Part shown: in pieces, positions 9,003-18,252 of the stretch
Layout: the number at the start of each line of letters is the position of its first letter
Numbering within the stretch: the stretch's first letter is position 1
DNA from: Acaryochloris marina MBIC11017
GTDB taxonomy: Bacteria; Cyanobacteriota; Cyanobacteriia; Thermosynechococcales; Thermosynechococcaceae
Direction of reading: 5' to 3'
Length of the DNA: 32,000 nucleotides
Assembly: GCF_000018105.1 (NCBI RefSeq)
Contig: NC_009925.1
Span: 3,330,001-3,362,000 of the forward strand
Translations under genes and position numbers: made by a program
Notes under the pieces: generated by a model
What the model was told of the DNA's origin: nothing
What the model saw: the letters and a program-made list of their open reading frames with translations, nothing else
The model's database searches: none

Positions 9003-9678
9003 AATGCGAAGTTTGATTGGGTCTCTTTCAACCTAACGGAATTGGCAGAAGGACAGAAAATTGTTGCGAAATTGATAGGGGTAGAGGCATGACCGTCGCA
9101 TCATTTTGAAAGATGCTTAGTGCAGAGCGCTGAGAATTTAGGTCAGACTCATGGTCTTCTCAGACACATAAATTAAATTTAGGAAATAGTACTATTGAAT
9201 TAAATTAAGAAATTCTTGATTGTTTGACCGCTTTCATGGGTTTTGCTCTATAAAACTACTAGTTTGCTCAATTAAGCTCTTCTAAGCAACAGGCTGTGAT
9301 CTGTGTCATATCGCAAATTGCAATCGGTCACAGCTCCCCTTTGAATTAATGGTGACGATAGAAAAAAGAATCGCTCGTTTGCATTGATAAGGACGCCAGT
9401 TAATGGACACACTCAAAATTAATCCAAAAATTCTGGCTGCTGTCTTTGCAAGTGTCGTCATCATTGCTGATTTGGTGCCTGCCCCCAACCTTGGGCCGGG
9501 GCTGATCGTGTCGTCTTATAACTGGGCTGCTTCGCAGGTGCAGTCACCCCCGGATACTCAGCACGCCAATCAAAAGATACGAGCAAAGCGATCGCAATCC
9601 CGTAACCCTGCCTACAACCAATAATGGGCAGATAACGCTGCAGTTTTGATACTGCTGAATCTTTGTTCTCAAAATATT

Positions 9679-9718
9679 CGGTCGTCAAGCATAGCAATGG
9701 CTGTGTGCCTGACGACCG
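9679..9718 (-). terminator. Possible terminator hairpin downstream of the flavodoxin-like gene
   Basis: 9-bp perfect inverted repeat cggtcgtca (9679-9687) / tgacgaccg (9710-9718) with a 22-nt loop, starting 10 nt past the stop at 9728. A short T-run follows on the minus strand. The large loop makes this weak. Confidence 0.3.
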
Positions 9719-9727
9719 GCATTAGCT

Positions 9728-10486
9728 CTATCGTTTATGTTCTGGATTCTTAAAGTCTGTTTTGCACCCTGCATCCCAAGCATCCGGTAAATTGCCATGA
9801 GCTGGAATCCCCCCATTGTCTTTCAGGAGGCGGGCCATATGCATACAGTTCCAGGCTAAGAAAGTGGTATTACGGTTGGTGAAATCATTCTCGGGTCCAC
9901 CTGATCCGGGATCGAGATAAGAGGGGCCGGGACCGACTTCCCCTAACCAGCCAGCATCCACCTGGGGGGGGATGGTATAGCCAATATGGGAGAGGGAAAA
10001 CAGAATATTCATGGCGCAATGCTTCACCCCATCCTCATTGCCCGTAATGAGAGTTGCACCCACTTTTCCGTAATCTCGATATTGGCCTTTGTCGTTGAGG
10101 AGATGGGTATAGCCATATATGCGCTCTAAGACTCGGTTACAAACAGAGCTTTTCTCCCCCAGCCACACGGAGGTACATAGCACCAAAATATCCGTGGCAT
10201 CCACCTCTTTTTGAAGTTGGGGCCAGTCATCTTTATCCCATTCATCGGTTTGGGACATATCTAAGCCCAAACCAGCCGGGATGTCATAATCCACGGGGCG
10301 AATAATCTTAGTTTGCACCCCATTAGCTTCAAAAATTGTTTGGGCAATTTTAATCACCCCTTCGGTATGGGATAAAACGGGGGTGCGATTCAGGGTGCAG
10401 TTGAGAAAGAGGGCTTTGAGATCGTCATATTTGGCCGGGGCATTTTGGCATTGGTGCTGAGTGATGTTCGTAAGCTGTTCAGACAT
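9728..10486 (-). CDS. Flavodoxin-like-fold NAD(P)H-dependent FMN reductase family protein
   Basis: LKALFLNCTLNRTPVLSHTEGVIKIA...ILVLCTSVWLGEKSS...ITGNEDG resembles the flavodoxin-like NADPH-FMN reductase layout (nucleotide loop right after beta-1). Good SD (GAGGA) upstream of the ATG. The family label rests on memory only. Confidence 0.6.
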   Translation of the reverse strand: MSEQLTNITQHQCQNAPAKYDDLKALFLNCTLNRTPVLSHTEGVIKIAQTIFEANGVQTKIIRPVDYDIPAGLGLDMSQTDEWDKDDWPQLQKEVDATDILVLCTSVWLGEKSSVCNRVLERIYGYTHLLNDKGQYRDYGKVGATLITGNEDGVKHCAMNILFSLSHIGYTIPPQVDAGWLGEVGPGPSYLDPGSGGPENDFTNRNTTFLAWNCMHMARLLKDNGGIPAHGNLPDAWDAGCKTDFKNPEHKR

Positions 10487-10548
10487 AATTCCTCTGGGTA
10501 GATGTATAAACGTCTTATAGGTTCAAGGTGTAGGCCGCACCAGACAGC

Positions 10549-12501
10549 CTAAATCAATTCTGGGTCAGACATGATTTCTACGAGTGCAGGCCCCTGATAA
10601 GCCAGGGCCTGGGCCATAGCATCATCTAGTTCGTCCGGTTGGGTGACTCGGATTCCAAATCCACCGCAATTCTGAGCATATTGGGAAAAATCAGGATTGT
10701 GTAAGGAGGTTTGCCAGACATCCCATTCCCCCGCTCTCTGCTCCTTAGAAATTTTGCCCAACTGATCGTTATGGAGCAGGATATGGGTGATATTCATCTG
10801 GTACTTCACGGCGGTGGTAAATTCCGCCAAATATTGTCCAAACCCGCCATCACCTGATACAGACACAATGGGACGCTTATGGCCTGCGGCAGCCCAAGCG
10901 CCCATGGCAGCCGGGAAGGCAAACCCGATGGACCCGAGATATCCCGACATTAAAACGGACTGAGCCTGACACTCAAAATATCGACCAAAGGAATAGGTGT
11001 TGTTGCCTACATCCACCGCAATTACAGCATGAGCAGGCACCCATCGCGTCATGGCGGCAAAAATAGCGGCAGAGTTTAGCCCTTGTCCTCGGTCATCCAA
11101 TTCTCGCCGGGCTTTTTCTGCCCGCCAGATGGCCCAACGTTCGGCGATTTCAGATTGCACATCCTCCGTATCCACCTGCATCGAGAGGGCGGTCTTGAGC
11201 TGCTCCACCACAATACTAATTTCCCCCCAAACGGGAACTTCGATGGGATGAAATTTACCTAGGGCCAGCGGATCAAAATCTACCTGAATAATCGGTTTGC
11301 CTGGATAGATGCCCGTGTGATTAGAAAAAGAAGCCCCCAATACCAACAGCACATCCGCCTCATTCATAAACCAGCTGGCAATGGGAGTACCACTGCGCCC
11401 CAATACTCCACATCCCAGAGGATGGTCATCGGCAATCTGCCCTTTACCTTTAAAGGTTGTTAGGACGGGCGCGCCCAAAAGTTCAGCTAGTTCTATCACC
11501 GCAGGCATATGAAACCGAGCGCCATGACCCACAATGATGACGGGGCGGCGTGACTGTTTCAGTTTGCCAATGGCCTGCTGTAAAGACTCCGGGGGTGGCG
11601 CGATTTGCAGCGGGGTGATGCGTCCAGTGGGCGTTGCCGCAGGGACATCAACAGCAGGCTGGACTTGAATCTCATCGGGAAAAATCAGGTGAGAGACATT
11701 GCGTTCTAAGAGAGCATGCTTGATCGCCAGAGTCATCAATTCGGCATGCTTGCTGTGACTAAGAACCGTTTGACTCCAAGCTGCCACCCCACTAAAGGCG
11801 GCAGATAAATCACATTCTTGAAAGTTACCAGTCCCCAAGACTTGAGAATTGACCTGTCCGGTTAAAGCCAAGATGGGGGCACAATCGACTTTGGCGTCCC
11901 ACATTCCGGTCAGGAGGTTGGTTGCACCGGGGCCAGCAATGGTCAAACAAGCAGCGGGGGTACCCGTGAGTTTGGCATAGGCGGAGGCAGCAAAGGCTGC
12001 GGCTCCTTCATGGCGAATGCCAATATAGGTGAGCTTGCCCTGTTCTTCCTGACGGCGTAGGGTATCAGCCAGTCCTAAATTCGAATGGCCTACCATACCA
12101 AATACATGGGTAACGCCCCAATTCACCATGGTTTCAGCCATCACATCGCTAACGGTGCGGATGTGCGGTTTCTCCACGGGTAAACCCACATAGACACCGT
12201 CATCTCGCACCTCAACCGGAAAGGTTTCGAGGGCATCATCGACATCCAAGCCACCGGGCGGTTGCCCCGTCAGTGGGCAATAATCCCACCCATGCCAAGG
12301 ACAGCGCAACAGGCCATTTTCAATAGAGCCTTCGCCGAGGGGGCCGCCTTGGTGAGGACAGCGATTATCAAGGGCACCATACTGGCCTTGGTGATGGGTT
12401 AAGGCCAGACTTTTATGACCTGCAACGACGGTTTTGACCCGACCTTCGGGTAGTTCGTCTAGGTCTAAGACCCGAAACCACTGAGGGGTTATCTCAGGCA
12501 T
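10549..12501 (-). CDS. Fusion protein: N-terminal Rieske [2Fe-2S] domain + thiamine-diphosphate-dependent enzyme (pyruvate oxidase / acetolactate synthase superfamily)
   Basis: Rieske ligand boxes CPHQGGPL and CPWHGWDY lie in the first ~100 aa. The ThDP N-domain follows (GVTHVFGMVGHSNLGLAD...IRHEGAAAFAASAYAKLTG...IAGPGATNLLTG). The ThDP-binding motif is GDGGFGQY...ITHILLHND near the C-terminus. The frame is continuous across the junction. AAGGAG SD precedes the ATG. Confidence 0.9.
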   Translation of the reverse strand: MPEITPQWFRVLDLDELPEGRVKTVVAGHKSLALTHHQGQYGALDNRCPHQGGPLGEGSIENGLLRCPWHGWDYCPLTGQPPGGLDVDDALETFPVEVRDDGVYVGLPVEKPHIRTVSDVMAETMVNWGVTHVFGMVGHSNLGLADTLRRQEEQGKLTYIGIRHEGAAAFAASAYAKLTGTPAACLTIAGPGATNLLTGMWDAKVDCAPILALTGQVNSQVLGTGNFQECDLSAAFSGVAAWSQTVLSHSKHAELMTLAIKHALLERNVSHLIFPDEIQVQPAVDVPAATPTGRITPLQIAPPPESLQQAIGKLKQSRRPVIIVGHGARFHMPAVIELAELLGAPVLTTFKGKGQIADDHPLGCGVLGRSGTPIASWFMNEADVLLVLGASFSNHTGIYPGKPIIQVDFDPLALGKFHPIEVPVWGEISIVVEQLKTALSMQVDTEDVQSEIAERWAIWRAEKARRELDDRGQGLNSAAIFAAMTRWVPAHAVIAVDVGNNTYSFGRYFECQAQSVLMSGYLGSIGFAFPAAMGAWAAAGHKRPIVSVSGDGGFGQYLAEFTTAVKYQMNITHILLHNDQLGKISKEQRAGEWDVWQTSLHNPDFSQYAQNCGGFGIRVTQPDELDDAMAQALAYQGPALVEIMSDPELI

Positions 12502-12992
12502 AGGCTGTACTCCTTATGGGATGAGCGGCGATGGCTGGCTCAGCACTTTTTGTCAGGTTGATGCTGGTTTATAGGCTCCAGTCTGAGTATGCAGGTTGGG
12601 TGGCGTATTCAGATGATAATTTGCTGAAGTCCGGTGATGAAGTAGGCAAGGTTTGCCTAAAAATATGCTGAGTATGGCGATTCTCATCAGTGAAAATGCT
12701 CCCTTGTCTTGTACCGATCGGTAATGATATTTCCATAGCAAGAGGTTGGGTGAGTTGATGCAATGTAACGGTGGATGAGTCTCCGATTTCGCTTTACCAT
12801 GAGTCAGAAATCTGGTTGGTGGCCGTTATCTAGCGTTTATTGCAAGATAGCGCTTCAGTATTGGGTTGTAATCGCAAAGTATGACCGTTCCACAAAAGCT
12901 GTGGAGATGCCCTTAGAGATGAATGGTCGATTTCAAACGTTTACTCTGGAAGTTTAAAATCGATCACCAGACTCAAACAGTGGTGCTGTCGT

Positions 12993-13697
12993 TCATACTC
13001 CAATCACATGGCGAGTTCCCCAATGCTGCTGTTGCAGAGTATCCATGGCCTGTCGGGTGGCGGTCATCAGTTCCCTGACTCCGCTGGTGGGAAAAATGGG
13101 TTTGTCCAACACCACTTTGACCGCTTGGTATTGAGGAATATGCTGAATTAGCGCCAAATCATGGGATTGGGCGATATGGTTTTGCAGTTTGGAGGGAATG
13201 CTGAGACGAGTTAGCTGTTCCTGTTGGGGGCAGATCATCATGGGCACGATCGGCACTTGGGCTTTCAGAGCGAGGACTGCAAAGCCCCGATGAAAGTCAG
13301 CTAGGGGAGCCGAAAAATCATTCTGAAAAATATAGCGTTCACCTTCGGGAAAAATCCCCAGCAAGGCTCCTCGGGATAGAACGGCTAGGGCTTGCTTAAA
13401 AGAACTGGGCTTGACCTGACCCTCCACCTCCATCAACACCATCCCCGTCCGCCGAATGAGCCAATGAGTAACGGGCAGATTCTGCATATAGGCTGCGGTC
13501 ACCCAGGAGATATAGCGGGGAATCGCTACGCTGACAATCGACGGATCAATATTGGAGCGATGGTTGCACACCAGAAGGCCTGCTCCCGTTGGTAAATGCT
13601 CTAGGCCGATCACCTCTAGGTTAAGGCGATGGCGGAGCCAGGGGGCGACCAGCCAGCGACAGGCCTGATAAAACCGTTGTTGGGATACAGAGGTCAT
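12993..13697 (-). CDS. 1-acyl-sn-glycerol-3-phosphate (lysophospholipid) acyltransferase family protein
   Basis: HX4D motif (CNHRSNIDP) and FPEG motif (GIFPEGER). I prefer the ATG at 13697 (MTSVSQ...) because it forms an ATGA overlap with the upstream stop. The ORF track's ATG at 13733 would overlap the VWA gene by 40 nt. Confidence 0.8.
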   Translation of the reverse strand: MTSVSQQRFYQACRWLVAPWLRHRLNLEVIGLEHLPTGAGLLVCNHRSNIDPSIVSVAIPRYISWVTAAYMQNLPVTHWLIRRTGMVLMEVEGQVKPSSFKQALAVLSRGALLGIFPEGERYIFQNDFSAPLADFHRGFAVLALKAQVPIVPMMICPQQEQLTRLSIPSKLQNHIAQSHDLALIQHIPQYQAVKVVLDKPIFPTSGVRELMTATRQAMDTLQQQHWGTRHVIGV

Positions 13698-14866
13698 TGC
13701 GAAGCGGTGACAATCTCTTCTTTGGCGGCCCATTGGCCGATATCTTGGCGTTGGATGGCGGCAGCCATTAAGTCCGCAAACTTATCGGGCGTGCAGGCAA
13801 AGGCAGGAATGCCCAGGGTAGCAAACTTCGCAGCATTGCTATGGTCAAAGTAAGGGGCACCGTCATCACTCAGGGCTAATAGGGTCACCATCTGCACCCC
13901 TGAATTGACCAGGGAGGCAACCCGCTTGAGCATCGCTTCCCGATTGCCCCCTTCATACAAATCGCTAATGAGGACTAGGATCGTTTCCTCCGGTCTGCGA
14001 ATTAAGCCTTGGCAATAGCCTAAGGCGCGGTTGATATCCGTTCCACCCCCCAGTTGAGTGCCAAACAATACATCCACTGGGTCTTGCAGCAGGTCCGTTA
14101 AATCAACAATGGCCGTATCGAAAACGACGAGTTGAGTCTTGACCGTAGGAAGAGACGCCAAGACTGCCGCAAAGATACTGGCATAGACCATAGAAGTGGC
14201 CATCGAGCCGCTTTGATCCACACAGAGGACAATATCGCGGAGGGCTGAGCGCTTGCGGCCAAAGCCAATCCGAGTTTCAGGAATAATCGTGCGATACTCT
14301 GGTTGATAATGACGCAGGTTAGCCCGAATGGTCCGGTGCCAGTCAATTTCATGATGGCGCGGGCGACGATTGCGAATCGATCGATTTAAACTGCCCTGGA
14401 CGGCTTGTTGCATGGGGTTGGAGAGCTGGCGAAGTAAGTCCTCAACCACCCGCTGCACCACCAGTCGGGCTGTTTCTTTGGTTTTGCTGGGCATCACCTG
14501 ACTCAGGGACAGTAGATTGGCCACTAGATGCACATCCGGTTCGACTGCCGCTAGCATTTCTGGCTCTAACAGCATCTGCTGTAAGTTCAGTCGTTCCAGG
14601 GCATCCTGCTGCATTACCCGGACAATGGAGCTAGGAAAGTAGCTGCGAATATCCCCCAGCCAGCGGGCGACTTTGGGAGATGAGCCCCCTAGTCCGCCAG
14701 AGCGTTTTCCCTGGGATTCGTACAGGGTTGCCAAGGTTTGATCCATCGCCGTATCTTGGGTATCGAGGGTTAACCCACCCTCTGCACCAATGCCATCTGC
14801 CTCACCTCCCCCAAGGATCAGCCGCCAGCGTCGATTGCGTTCGGAATGATTCTGAAACTCTGCCAT
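13694..14866 (-). CDS. VWA-domain protein (CoxE-like family)
   Basis: N-terminal RWRLILGGG motif, as I recall it for CoxE-like VWA proteins. MIDAS motif DQSGS (VLCVDQSGSMA) lies in the C-terminal half, and a later LISDLYEGG strand is typical of VWA folds. Confidence 0.8.
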   Translation of the reverse strand: MAEFQNHSERNRRWRLILGGGEADGIGAEGGLTLDTQDTAMDQTLATLYESQGKRSGGLGGSSPKVARWLGDIRSYFPSSIVRVMQQDALERLNLQQMLLEPEMLAAVEPDVHLVANLLSLSQVMPSKTKETARLVVQRVVEDLLRQLSNPMQQAVQGSLNRSIRNRRPRHHEIDWHRTIRANLRHYQPEYRTIIPETRIGFGRKRSALRDIVLCVDQSGSMATSMVYASIFAAVLASLPTVKTQLVVFDTAIVDLTDLLQDPVDVLFGTQLGGGTDINRALGYCQGLIRRPEETILVLISDLYEGGNREAMLKRVASLVNSGVQMVTLLALSDDGAPYFDHSNAAKFATLGIPAFACTPDKFADLMAAAIQRQDIGQWAAKEEIVTASQ

Positions 14867-14893
14867 AGCTTATTCAGAAGGAGACGACCCGGT

Positions 14894-15862
14894 TTATTCA
14901 GAGGGAGACGATACTAATGTCGGAATGACCTCAGTCGGAGGAGCAGCCTTGGAGTATAAGGTTTCTGAAGAAGCAATATGATGGCCGGCATCGACCCAGG
15001 CGAGCTGTACGTCCGTGACTTGATGGTCTTGCAGCGTTACTAGAGAGAAATTACGCTGCAATCCTTGCTCGGTTTTGATAATCCGTGGCACACAGGCAGC
15101 ATTGAGATAGACCGTGCCTGCTTCATCTACACAGAGTCGCTTGCGCTGAACGGCTTTGGTATGGCGCAGGTTGTGGTGCATATGGCCAAAGGTGACGAGG
15201 GGAACGCGCTTGCCGGTGGTTCGGGTGGTTGCGATCGCATCTCGCAAATCCGGATCACCAAAATCTCCGCCTAGCTGTTTCCAGTCTTTTCCACAGGGAT
15301 CTTCCGCCTGATCGCCTAACCCAGAGGGACCATTATGCCCGAGAAAAATAATGGTCTCGGACGGGGCTTGGGCCGCAGCTTTGGCAATTTGCGCGGTAGA
15401 CTCTTCAAAATCCTTGACCCCAAAGCGATCGCGGTAAAATCCGGCACAGCGCCAGTCAGGTCCACCCCAGCTAAAGGGTCGCCCCCCCACGACGCTCAGA
15501 TCGAGCCGGGGAAACGTACGCTGAGAATAGCCCACATGGGCATCGGCGAGCAGGTCTAACTGCTGCTGGACCCAGTCTTCCTTGCTGCGATCGTAGGGAC
15601 AATTTTTGGTACCCCAAGGTGTGGCCGTGTACCAGGCATCATGGTTGCCAAAGGAAGCGGCATAGGGCAATTCTAGGTTGGAAACGGCCTCTACCACTTC
15701 CACCGCTTCATTCCCAAAATCGCCCACAAATAGCACTAAATCGACGCCGAGCTGCGCTAACGCTTTTGGATCCTCTTCATCCCAAGCGTCATGGATATCT
15801 CCAATCACAGCAATTTTGATGGATGGGGAATTAGCGGTAGGGGTAGAGAGTGGCTCAGTCAT
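14894..15862 (-). CDS. Calcineurin-like metallophosphoesterase
   Basis: All canonical motifs appear in order: GDIHD, GDFGNE, GNHD, GHNGP, GHMHH. Confidence 0.85.
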   Translation of the reverse strand: MTEPLSTPTANSPSIKIAVIGDIHDAWDEEDPKALAQLGVDLVLFVGDFGNEAVEVVEAVSNLELPYAASFGNHDAWYTATPWGTKNCPYDRSKEDWVQQQLDLLADAHVGYSQRTFPRLDLSVVGGRPFSWGGPDWRCAGFYRDRFGVKDFEESTAQIAKAAAQAPSETIIFLGHNGPSGLGDQAEDPCGKDWKQLGGDFGDPDLRDAIATTRTTGKRVPLVTFGHMHHNLRHTKAVQRKRLCVDEAGTVYLNAACVPRIIKTEQGLQRNFSLVTLQDHQVTDVQLAWVDAGHHIASSETLYSKAAPPTEVIPTLVSSPSE

Positions 15863-15871
15863 TCATATTAG

Positions 15872-16255
15872 TTAGTCTTGGATATATTCTTGGTCCTGGG
15901 CCAGGGCAATTTCAGCTCGGATAAACTCACGGCCCAAATAGGCCGCGTGATCGAGCTTAGTCACCAGGCAAGTTTGCGGCTCTTCAAAAATCGCAATACA
16001 GAGTTCCTTGGCTGTCTTAGCTCGGAACTTGGCATCGGGTTTTCGTTCCACCTTACCTCGACAGGATAAGGGTTCTCCCGTATCTGGGTCGACGGCTAAG
16101 CCTTTGTCATCAATGTCATTGGCATAGTGATCCGCACAAATGGCTGGGGCTTGCCGATCGAGATAAATCAAAAAGTAGCCACCGGGATCTAAAGCAATAA
16201 AGCGTTGAGATAACTGGTTATTGATGGCAGCTTGATCGCTAACAATGGTGTTCAT
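15872..16255 (-). CDS. Small conserved protein, DUF4346-like
   Basis: LDPGGYFLIYLD near the N-terminus and HAAYLGREFIRAEIAL near the C-terminus resemble the DUF4346 signature as I remember it. The stop is 9 nt upstream of the metallophosphoesterase start. The CDS call is firm; the family label is tentative. Confidence 0.6.
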   Translation of the reverse strand: MNTIVSDQAAINNQLSQRFIALDPGGYFLIYLDRQAPAICADHYANDIDDKGLAVDPDTGEPLSCRGKVERKPDAKFRAKTAKELCIAIFEEPQTCLVTKLDHAAYLGREFIRAEIALAQDQEYIQD

Positions 16256-16336
16256 GAACTCAAAGCATCGAGTGGGTAGGATGCGACTCCAAGATCCAGT
16301 CTAGTACGTGAACTCCAATTAGGTGTATTGGTGGGG

Positions 16337-18112
16337 TTAGCTTTGGGCTTGCGACGTCATGGTGCCCGAGTAGACCAACCCTTTTTTCATATCTAACGTA
16401 AGGTGGGTGCCATCCCGAATCATCCGAGTTGCATTTTCAACCCCGACGATGACTGGAATTCGCAACCGCAGCCCTAATACGGCAGCGTGACTGTCCATAC
16501 CGCCGACTTCAGTAATGATGCCAGCGGCTTTGCGAATCGCATCGACATGGCTAGCGTCAGTTTCCTTCGCTACTAAAATATCGCCCCGATTAAAGCCTTT
16601 AACACCGTTGGATGCTGTAATGACGCGAGCTAAGCCGCTCACAGAGCCATTGCCAATGCCAGTGCCCTGACCCATAACAGCGGTGACAATCTCGACTTTG
16701 ATAAAGTCTGTGGACCCCGCGACCCCCTGGAGAGTGCCTGCGGTCACCACTACTAAGTCGCCTTCTTCCACTAAGCCTTTCTCCTGGGCCACATTGAGTG
16801 AGGCTTGTAGGGTTTCATCAATGGAGGGCAAATTGAGAACCAGCAACGGCTGTACACCCCAAACCATTTGCAGTTGGCGAGCGACCTCTACATGGGGCGT
16901 CACAGCCAGAATGGGAATATTGGGCCGATATTTGGAAACGTTGCGTCCGGTCGATCCAGTTTTGGTAAAGGTGAGAATCGCTTTGGCTTTGAGCTGAGTG
17001 GCGATATGCCCAACCGCTTGGCTAATGGCACTGGGAATGGCAGTTTCTGAGGTGTCTAGGGCAGTACGATTTTGAATATTTTTTTCATAATCAATCCGCT
17101 CTGCGATTTTGGCCATGGTCGCCACCGCTTCCACAGGATAGTTGCCGACGGCGGCTTCATTGGACAGCATCACCGCATCAGTGCCGTCCAAAATGGCGTT
17201 GGCCACGTCAGAGACCTCTGCCCGCGTGGGTCTGGGGGAATTGACCATGCTATCCAGCATTTGCGTGGCCGTAATCACAGGAATGCCGAGACGGTTTGCC
17301 GTGGCAATCAACCGCTTTTGCAGAATCGGGACATCCTCTGCAGGCAGCTCAACCCCTAAGTCACCCCGAGCGATCATTACCCCATCACATAGGCTGAGAA
17401 TCTCTTCCATTTGGGTAATGGCTTCATGTTTTTCGATCTTGGCAATGACGGGGATGGATTTGCCTGCGTTAGCAATGATTTCTTTAATCTCGATCACGTC
17501 TGCTGGATTGCGGACGAAGCTGAGGGCAACCCAATCGACACCATGGGTCAGACCGAATTGTAAATCTTCGCGATCTTTATCGGTGAGCGCTTTGACGGAT
17601 AAATAGACTCCTGGAAAGTTCACACCTTTAGAGTCCGAGAGCTTGCCTCCCACAACGACGCGGCAATTCAAGGTCTTAGAAGATTGATCTACAGATTCAA
17701 CGATCATCTCGACTCGGCCATCATCGAGAAGAATGGTGGCTCCTGCAGACACTTCGTCAGCCAGTTTGGAATAGGTGACCATGCTGCTGGTTTGCGTGCC
17801 GGGAATAGCCTGACTCGTCAAGGCAAAGGGATCACCGTTTTTGAGGGTGATGGGGCCGTCCGCGAATTTACCAAGGCGGATTTTAGGCCCTTGCAGGTCT
17901 TGCAGAATGGCAACGGGCTGGTTCATCTCATAAGAGAGTTGCCGAATCAGACGAATGGATCGCAGATGATCGTCATGGGTGCCGTGGGAGAAGTTGAGGC
18001 GGAGGGTGGTGGCCCCTGCTTCAATGACCGCCCGCAGCATATCTGGCTTGGAGATGGCTGGCCCTACGGTGGCCACAATTTTGGTACGACGGTCGGTCTC
18101 AGGCAAGGACAT
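16337..18112 (-). CDS. pyk: Pyruvate kinase with C-terminal PEP-utilizer (swivel/mobile) domain
   Basis: RRTKIVATVGPA, LRLNFSHG, MIARGDLGVE and TQMLDSM are classic PK motifs. The C-terminal ~110 aa (GLARVI...ILVAKETDASHVDAIRKAAGIITEVGGMDSHAAVLGLRLRIPVIVG) is the PEP-utilizer mobile domain seen in cyanobacterial and Bacillus-type PKs. The track start at 18124 is TTG, so I prefer the ATG at 18112. Confidence 0.95.
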   Translation of the reverse strand: MSLPETDRRTKIVATVGPAISKPDMLRAVIEAGATTLRLNFSHGTHDDHLRSIRLIRQLSYEMNQPVAILQDLQGPKIRLGKFADGPITLKNGDPFALTSQAIPGTQTSSMVTYSKLADEVSAGATILLDDGRVEMIVESVDQSSKTLNCRVVVGGKLSDSKGVNFPGVYLSVKALTDKDREDLQFGLTHGVDWVALSFVRNPADVIEIKEIIANAGKSIPVIAKIEKHEAITQMEEILSLCDGVMIARGDLGVELPAEDVPILQKRLIATANRLGIPVITATQMLDSMVNSPRPTRAEVSDVANAILDGTDAVMLSNEAAVGNYPVEAVATMAKIAERIDYEKNIQNRTALDTSETAIPSAISQAVGHIATQLKAKAILTFTKTGSTGRNVSKYRPNIPILAVTPHVEVARQLQMVWGVQPLLVLNLPSIDETLQASLNVAQEKGLVEEGDLVVVTAGTLQGVAGSTDFIKVEIVTAVMGQGTGIGNGSVSGLARVITASNGVKGFNRGDILVAKETDASHVDAIRKAAGIITEVGGMDSHAAVLGLRLRIPVIVGVENATRMIRDGTHLTLDMKKGLVYSGTMTSQAQS

Positions 18113-18252
18113 GTATGATTTCAAAAAAGTTTAGGCAGTAAGATGAACAATCAACAGGGTTGCCCATCAACTTAACAGTTTAGGCTGAGACGTTACCCCA
18201 AGCGAATTTTTGGCGGAATTCCTGTCGATAGATTGATAACACGGAGATCAGG

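Noticed and set aside
9403-9624. 73-aa ORF on the plus strand in the 725-nt spacer (MDTLKINPKILAAVFASVVIIADLVPAP...), with one hydrophobic segment and AGGA 9 nt upstream of the ATG.
   Set aside because: It could be a real small membrane protein. However, the C-terminal half is low-complexity and basic, it overlaps other short ORFs on the opposite strand, and I have no comparative evidence. It is not supported well enough to list as a feature.
12502-12992. A TPP riboswitch or small genes in the 490-nt spacer upstream of the Rieske-ThDP gene (ORFs 12553..12741-, 12569..12763-, 12775..12957+).
   Set aside because: No CUGAGA / ACCUGAUCUGGAUAAUGCCAGCG-like elements appear on the minus strand. TPP riboswitches control thiamine synthesis and transport genes, not ThDP-using enzymes. 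The three short ORFs overlap each other, lack SD sequences and have odd composition.
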